Positions 14,810-18,657 of a DNA stretch of 18,657 nucleotides are shown piece after piece. Source of the DNA: a virus; the UHGV virus genome UHGV-0107297; one strand, 5' to 3'. The notes beneath the pieces are model-generated. The model was not told where the DNA came from. It was given only the letters and a program-made list of their open reading frames with translations, and searched no databases. Every line of letters starts with the position of its first letter. Within the stretch, counting starts at the first letter, position 1. The translations under genes were made by a program, and so were the position numbers.

Positions 14810-14826
14810 GTGTCTTTCTAAGACAC
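14810..14826. terminator. hairpin GTGTCTT-TCT-AAGACAC 3' of CDS 14863-15507
   Basis: 7-bp stem; followed on the plus strand by CATATTTTATG. Confidence 0.3.
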
Positions 14827-14862
14827 CATATTTTATGCCCGGTAAAAAGCATGAGTTTGCCT

Positions 14863-15507
14863 TTAAAACGTCTCTGAGGGCTTCTGACGCGCTCTGCTAA
14901 TGTCTATTACCCCAGCTTTTGGACGAGGGTCTACAAGATTCAACTCTTCAGCACTGTGATACTCCGTGTCGAACTCCCGATCGACATGTCGAATGTAAAT
15001 GGCTGTCAGAAGGCTGTTATCATTCAGAAAGTGTCCGTAAGATTTGCGAATTACTTCGCCAACCTTCTCAATCTTCTCTCCGCCCATGCAGAGATGGTTA
15101 AATCGGCTGTGTTTCCGCAGTATTTCATCCACCGGGCCTGAGTAGACCTTATCAACTCTCCCGAACCGGATGATATTTCCAGTATCAGCTTCAACCAGAC
15201 AAACGAGTTTGCCAGGTTCGACACGATCTCGCCAAGTGACACCAGAGCGCAGTGTGTTGAAGTAGGGAGCATCCAATCCGATGATCGGTTTACGAAATGC
15301 TAGTAGTGGCACGTAACGTATGCAGCTGTTTAGGTGGAAATGCGCACCGGCGTCGTGGAGTTTAAGCCGGGTTTCGTTAATCGGGCATTTCGAAGCAATG
15401 CCGCAAAGGTCGCAGAGCAACTTCTGTTTGTTCAGACTAGTGTTTGATTCAATGGTGTAGGAGCCATCTTCAAGACGGCGAACCCAGCGCGTGCGTTTAA
15501 GATCCAT
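14863..15507 (-). CDS. hypothetical Cys-rich 214-aa protein
   Basis: ATG at 15507; CDLCGIASKCP...HLNSC cluster suggests a zinc-binding module; family not recognised. Confidence 0.6.
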   Translation of the reverse strand: MDLKRTRWVRRLEDGSYTIESNTSLNKQKLLCDLCGIASKCPINETRLKLHDAGAHFHLNSCIRYVPLLAFRKPIIGLDAPYFNTLRSGVTWRDRVEPGKLVCLVEADTGNIIRFGRVDKVYSGPVDEILRKHSRFNHLCMGGEKIEKVGEVIRKSYGHFLNDNSLLTAIYIRHVDREFDTEYHSAEELNLVDPRPKAGVIDISRARQKPSETF

Positions 15508-15583
15508 AATTCTTGTTCAAATAATTTTGTCCGGGGCAACGATAACGGATAAGGCGCACCGGAGTTTGCAAATGCCTGTTTAC

Positions 15584-15664
15584 TTATTCACTTTATTCAC
15601 AGGCCCGATCCAATATTTAGATCCCCAGAGAGATCCTACAGAAGATCAAAAGAGATCCCCGATC
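15584..15664. promoter_or_regulatory. origin module copy A: tandem DnaA-box-like sites plus six GATC sites
   Basis: TTATTCACT/TTATTCACA at 15584-15601; GATC at 15607, 15620, 15632, 15644, 15654, 15661. Confidence 0.6.
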
Positions 15665-15702
15665 GTCTCCAGCGCTTGCGGTTACTGGCTTGAGAAGGGG
15701 TT

Positions 15703-15810
15703 ACTATCCACTATAGGGAGCAAAATAACCACTGTAGAGAGCATAATAACCGCTATGAAGAGCAAAACAACCTCTCTGGAGAGTAGTCGGTATCCACTGT
15801 AGTGAGTAGG
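15703..15810. repeat. iteron set A, 5 copies at 24-bp spacing
   Basis: ATCCACTATAGGGAGCA, AACCACTGTAGAGAGCA, AACCGCTATGAAGAGCA, AACCTCTCTGGAGAGTAG, ATCCACTGTAGTGAGTAG. Confidence 0.7.
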
Positions 15811-15967
15811 AGACAATGTTTTAACTGGATAACTCCGAGCCTGTTTTTCTGCGGCAGATGGCTGATATTCTTGGAAATATTGTAAATTTTGCGTTGCGGC
15901 GTGTTTATTTCGATCACACATTATCCCCAGAAGGGGAGTGATGCCTGATTTTGTAATTATCTGATTT

Positions 15968-16040
15968 TTATACACAGGCCCGATCCAGTAATTCAGATCC
16001 CTGTTAGAACCAAAGAGAACCACAAAGACCCAAAGAGATC
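15968..16040. promoter_or_regulatory. origin module copy B: DnaA-box-like site plus three GATC sites
   Basis: TTATACACA at 15968-15976 followed by the same GGCCCGATCC junction as copy A; GATC at 15982, 15996, 16037. Confidence 0.55.
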
Positions 16041-16087
16041 CCCGGCCCCTGCAAACCGTTGTGCCACATGGCTTTAGAGGTTATCGA

Positions 16088-16220
16088 TATCCACTATAGT
16101 GAGAAGAACAACCACTATAGAGAGTAAATCAACCACTATGGAGAGTAGAAAAACCGCTGTAGGCGGTAGGATAACCACTGTGATGGGTGCTACTATCCAC
16201 TGTAATCAGTAAAGGCACCC
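16088..16220. repeat. iteron set B, 6 copies at 24-bp spacing, immediately upstream of repA
   Basis: ATCCACTATAGTGAGAAG, AACCACTATAGAGAGTAA, AACCACTATGGAGAGTAG, AACCGCTGTAGGCGGTAG, AACCACTGTGATGGGTGC, ATCCACTGTAATCAGTAA. Confidence 0.75.
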
Positions 16221-16249
16221 AAGCCGTCGAATAAAAAGAGACATTTGGA

Positions 16250-17305
16250 ATGAGCGTAAACGACAATAAAAACATTGCGATAAGCGAAGCATTTTCCGAA
16301 ACAGACAAAAAGACCGGCGAAGTTGTTACGTTAGTTCCTAACACCAACAACACAGTTCAGCCTGTTGCTCTGATGCGTCTTGGTCTCTTCGTTCCGACGC
16401 TGAAATCGACATCCAGGGGTAGAAAGGGGCAAATGGTCTCTATGGACGCCTCCGCTGAACTCAAACAGCTGTCTCTGGCCAAAGCCGAAGGGTACGAGGA
16501 TATAAGGATTGCTGGTCTTCGTCTTGATATGGATAACGATTTCAAAACATGGGTGGGCATCATCCACGCGTTCGCCAAGCACAAGGTTGTTGGTGACACC
16601 GTCACGTTGCCGTTCGTCGAGTTCGTCAGACTTTGTGGCATACCAACAGCCAGATCGTCCGCGAAGTTACGTAAGCGCCTGGACAGCTCTCTAAGTCGTA
16701 TCGCCACAAACACCATCTCATTCCGCAGCAAAGGCTCTGAAGAGTATTACGTTACGCACCTTGTGCAGACGGCAAAGTACAGTACCAAGAATGACACGGT
16801 CGAACTGAAGGCCGATCCTAAGATTTTCGAACTTTACCAGTTCGACAAAAAGGTGCTTTTGCAACTTCGGGCCATCAACGAACTCTCCAGAAAGGAATCC
16901 GCGCAGGCGCTCTACACCTTCATTGAAAGTTTGCCACCAGACCCGGCGCCAATCTCATTGGCTCGCTTACGCGCCAGACTTAACTTAACCAGCCGCACCA
17001 TTACCCAGAATGCGACAGTCAGGAAGGCGATGGAGCAGCTGCGAGAGATCGGCTATCTCGATTACACTGAAGTGAAACGCGGCAGCTCGGTCTACTTCGT
17101 CATCCACTATAGACGGCCGAAGTTACGTTCGGCACTGCCGCCATCTATGGCTACGCCTGAAGAGCCAGAAGATATCTTGCCAGGTGATGATCCGGAGGAC
17201 ATTATCGATGTTGCCCCTGAAGAAAAAGACGGGGAAATGGTCATGTTGAGCAAGGAAGAACTGGCGATTCTCGAAGAGCTGCGCAAGGCAAAGGCTCGCA
17301 AATAG
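16250..17305 (+). CDS. repA: iteron-binding replication initiator, RepFIB/P1 RepA family, 351 aa
   Basis: Flanked on both sides by iterons; conserved blocks recalled from RepFIB initiators ([62 protein letters not shown]). Confidence 0.85.
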   Translation: MSVNDNKNIAISEAFSETDKKTGEVVTLVPNTNNTVQPVALMRLGLFVPTLKSTSRGRKGQMVSMDASAELKQLSLAKAEGYEDIRIAGLRLDMDNDFKTWVGIIHAFAKHKVVGDTVTLPFVEFVRLCGIPTARSSAKLRKRLDSSLSRIATNTISFRSKGSEEYYVTHLVQTAKYSTKNDTVELKADPKIFELYQFDKKVLLQLRAINELSRKESAQALYTFIESLPPDPAPISLARLRARLNLTSRTITQNATVRKAMEQLREIGYLDYTEVKRGSSVYFVIHYRRPKLRSALPPSMATPEEPEDILPGDDPEDIIDVAPEEKDGEMVMLSKEELAILEELRKAKARK

Positions 17306-17912
17306 CCCAACCACTGTAGAGAGTAAAAAGGCTCACTACAGTAGATAGTGAGCCTTTTTGTTTATCGGAAATGCAATATCCACTGTAGTGAGTAAAAGAA
17401 ACCGAAGAATAACCACTGTAGGCAGTGCGCACAAATCGCGAAGTAAATGTTAGTGGTTGCAAACATAGATAAAACAAGGGCTGAGAGGTTAGCGGTCACT
17501 GGGTATCTCTGTTAAGTCTACTCTCTACAGCGGTTATCGTCGCTCTCCTCATTGTTGACTATCCACTGTGAAGAGCAGAATTGGCTGACTTGACCTCTAT
17601 CCACTGTAGTGAGTGGATATCCGTTTAAAACAGCGAAGATTTACTCTCCATAGTGGATATCCGCTGGAGGGGGCATTCCATCACTCTCTATAGTGGTTGT
17701 TTGTAGTCAGTGAACGCCTGTTTACTCACTACAGTGTATAGCGACCCCGATAATCACCAATTTACTCACTACAGTGGATAGTTGATATCGTGGCAGAGGG
17801 TTTGCTCACTACAGTGGTTGGGGTGCATACCTGAAGGGTGTTCTACTCGCTACAGTGGTTATGAGCCGGATTCACACGCGGTGAGCTGGCTACTCACCGC
17901 AGTGGATAGTGT
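17306..17912. repeat. downstream iteron field, about 14 copies in both orientations
   Basis: Core CCACTGTAGTGAGTA and its reverse complement TACTCACTACAGTGG recur at irregular spacing. Confidence 0.75.
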
Positions 17913-17914
17913 TA

Positions 17915-18127
17915 TCAGTGGATTTTCTTCAGCAGACCCCAGAGTGTCCCGGCCTTCGTTGCGAGCTTACCTGTTTCCGGATCGTACATGTGCCATTCAC
18001 GTCGCTGGTGGACAATATACCCATCTTCACGTTCCAGTCGTTCCAGTACGCCGGACTGCTTGAACCCTTTGGCACGCCAGTAGCCGCTTGTTTTTTCGAT
18101 TTCCAGACCTGTCAGTGTAACCGCCAT
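17915..18127 (-). CDS. hypothetical 70-aa protein
   Basis: Strong SD AAGGAGG 8 nt before ATG at 18127; sits at the IS3 truncation junction. Confidence 0.5.
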   Translation of the reverse strand: MAVTLTGLEIEKTSGYWRAKGFKQSGVLERLEREDGYIVHQRREWHMYDPETGKLATKAGTLWGLLKKIH

Positions 18128-18214
18128 CAACTAACCTCCTTGCAGTCATCGAAAAGGTAGCTGTCGTTCTTCGCGTGAACGCCGTATACATCACCCGATT
18201 TGTTGTAAACGAAC

Positions 18215-18607
18215 CTAATGACTGCCCTGATCGCTGTGGAACATCACCCCGCCGGGCTTACCACGGGTTTCCCATGCCATTTCCAGCGATTTCATGGTGA
18301 GCCTGCTGTCCGGCGAGAACGACATGGCCCAGCCCACTTGTTTTCTTGCGAACAGGTCGAGAACAACGGCGAGGTACGCCCAGCGCTTACCCGTCCAGAT
18401 ATAGGTCACATCACCGCACCACACCTGATTTGGCTCGGTCACGGCGAACTGCCGTTCAAGGTAGTTAGGGATAGCAACATGTTCATGACCACCACGTTTA
18501 TACCGGTGAGTCGGCTGCTGACAGCTGACCAGCCCCAGCTCCTTGGCAATTTGACGTCCTTTCAGGCCTGGTGACCCACCTAATAACTCTGAGACTGCCT
18601 TCAGCAA
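18215..18607 (-). CDS. IS3-family transposase OrfB, N-terminal part only
   Basis: [35 protein letters not shown]...HSDQGSH matches the DDE region of IS3-family OrfB; frame ends at TAG 18215 where homologs continue; orfA would lie beyond the window. Confidence 0.7.
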   Translation of the reverse strand: MLKAVSELLGGSPGLKGRQIAKELGLVSCQQPTHRYKRGGHEHVAIPNYLERQFAVTEPNQVWCGDVTYIWTGKRWAYLAVVLDLFARKQVGWAMSFSPDSRLTMKSLEMAWETRGKPGGVMFHSDQGSH

Positions 18608-18657
18608 ACCATCACTCCTTTCTACCTACCCACCATTCGTTGCATACTTTGCGTCCA
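18215..18657 (-). mobile_element. IS3-family insertion sequence remnant, truncated near 18218 and running off the right edge
   Basis: Transposase homology stops abruptly at about 18218; sequence to the left is unrelated. Confidence 0.65.

Noticed and set aside
16331-16731. Minus-strand ORFs inside repA
   Set aside because: Antisense to the well-supported replication initiator gene.
17782-18160. Plus-strand ORFs 17782-18063 and 17909-18160
   Set aside because: Overlap the iteron field and run antisense to the SD-driven 70-aa gene.
1-18657. tRNA or rRNA genes
   Set aside because: No cloverleaf-compatible region or rRNA-like conserved block noticed on either strand.

Overview
An 18.7-kb accessory segment of an enterobacterial-type plasmid (possibly a phage-plasmid), ending in a P1/RepFIB-type iteron replicon. 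No database search was possible, so every functional call rests on motifs read from the translations and on recalled family knowledge. Left to right: (1) a plus-strand operon with an SF2 DEAD/DEAH-type helicase, a coupled 92-aa ORF, a lipoprotein and an internally duplicated protein; (2) an AT-rich two-gene islet bounded by two identical terminator hairpins; (3) a ~7-kb island of about a dozen short, mostly acidic, minus-strand ORFs of unknown function, most with a shared palindromic box (consensus GAAAACAAWTTGTTTTC) just upstream of the Shine-Dalgarno (SD) sequence and a GC-rich hairpin downstream, i.e. a string of apparently independent cassette-like transcription units; (4) two ORF-poor regions carrying TTTCCCG repeats, one continuing into a ~0.5-kb degenerate G/T-rich repeat array; (5) a secreted DUF1311-like protein, an rnhA homolog whose start codon is replaced by CAG, a short SbcD/Mre11-like metallophosphoesterase fragment and a Cys-rich protein; (6) a duplicated DnaA-box/GATC-cluster/iteron origin module, repA, and ~14 further iterons; (7) a small SD-driven gene abutting a truncated IS3-family transposase at the right edge. 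The strongest candidate for something undescribed is the small-gene island with its shared operator-like box.
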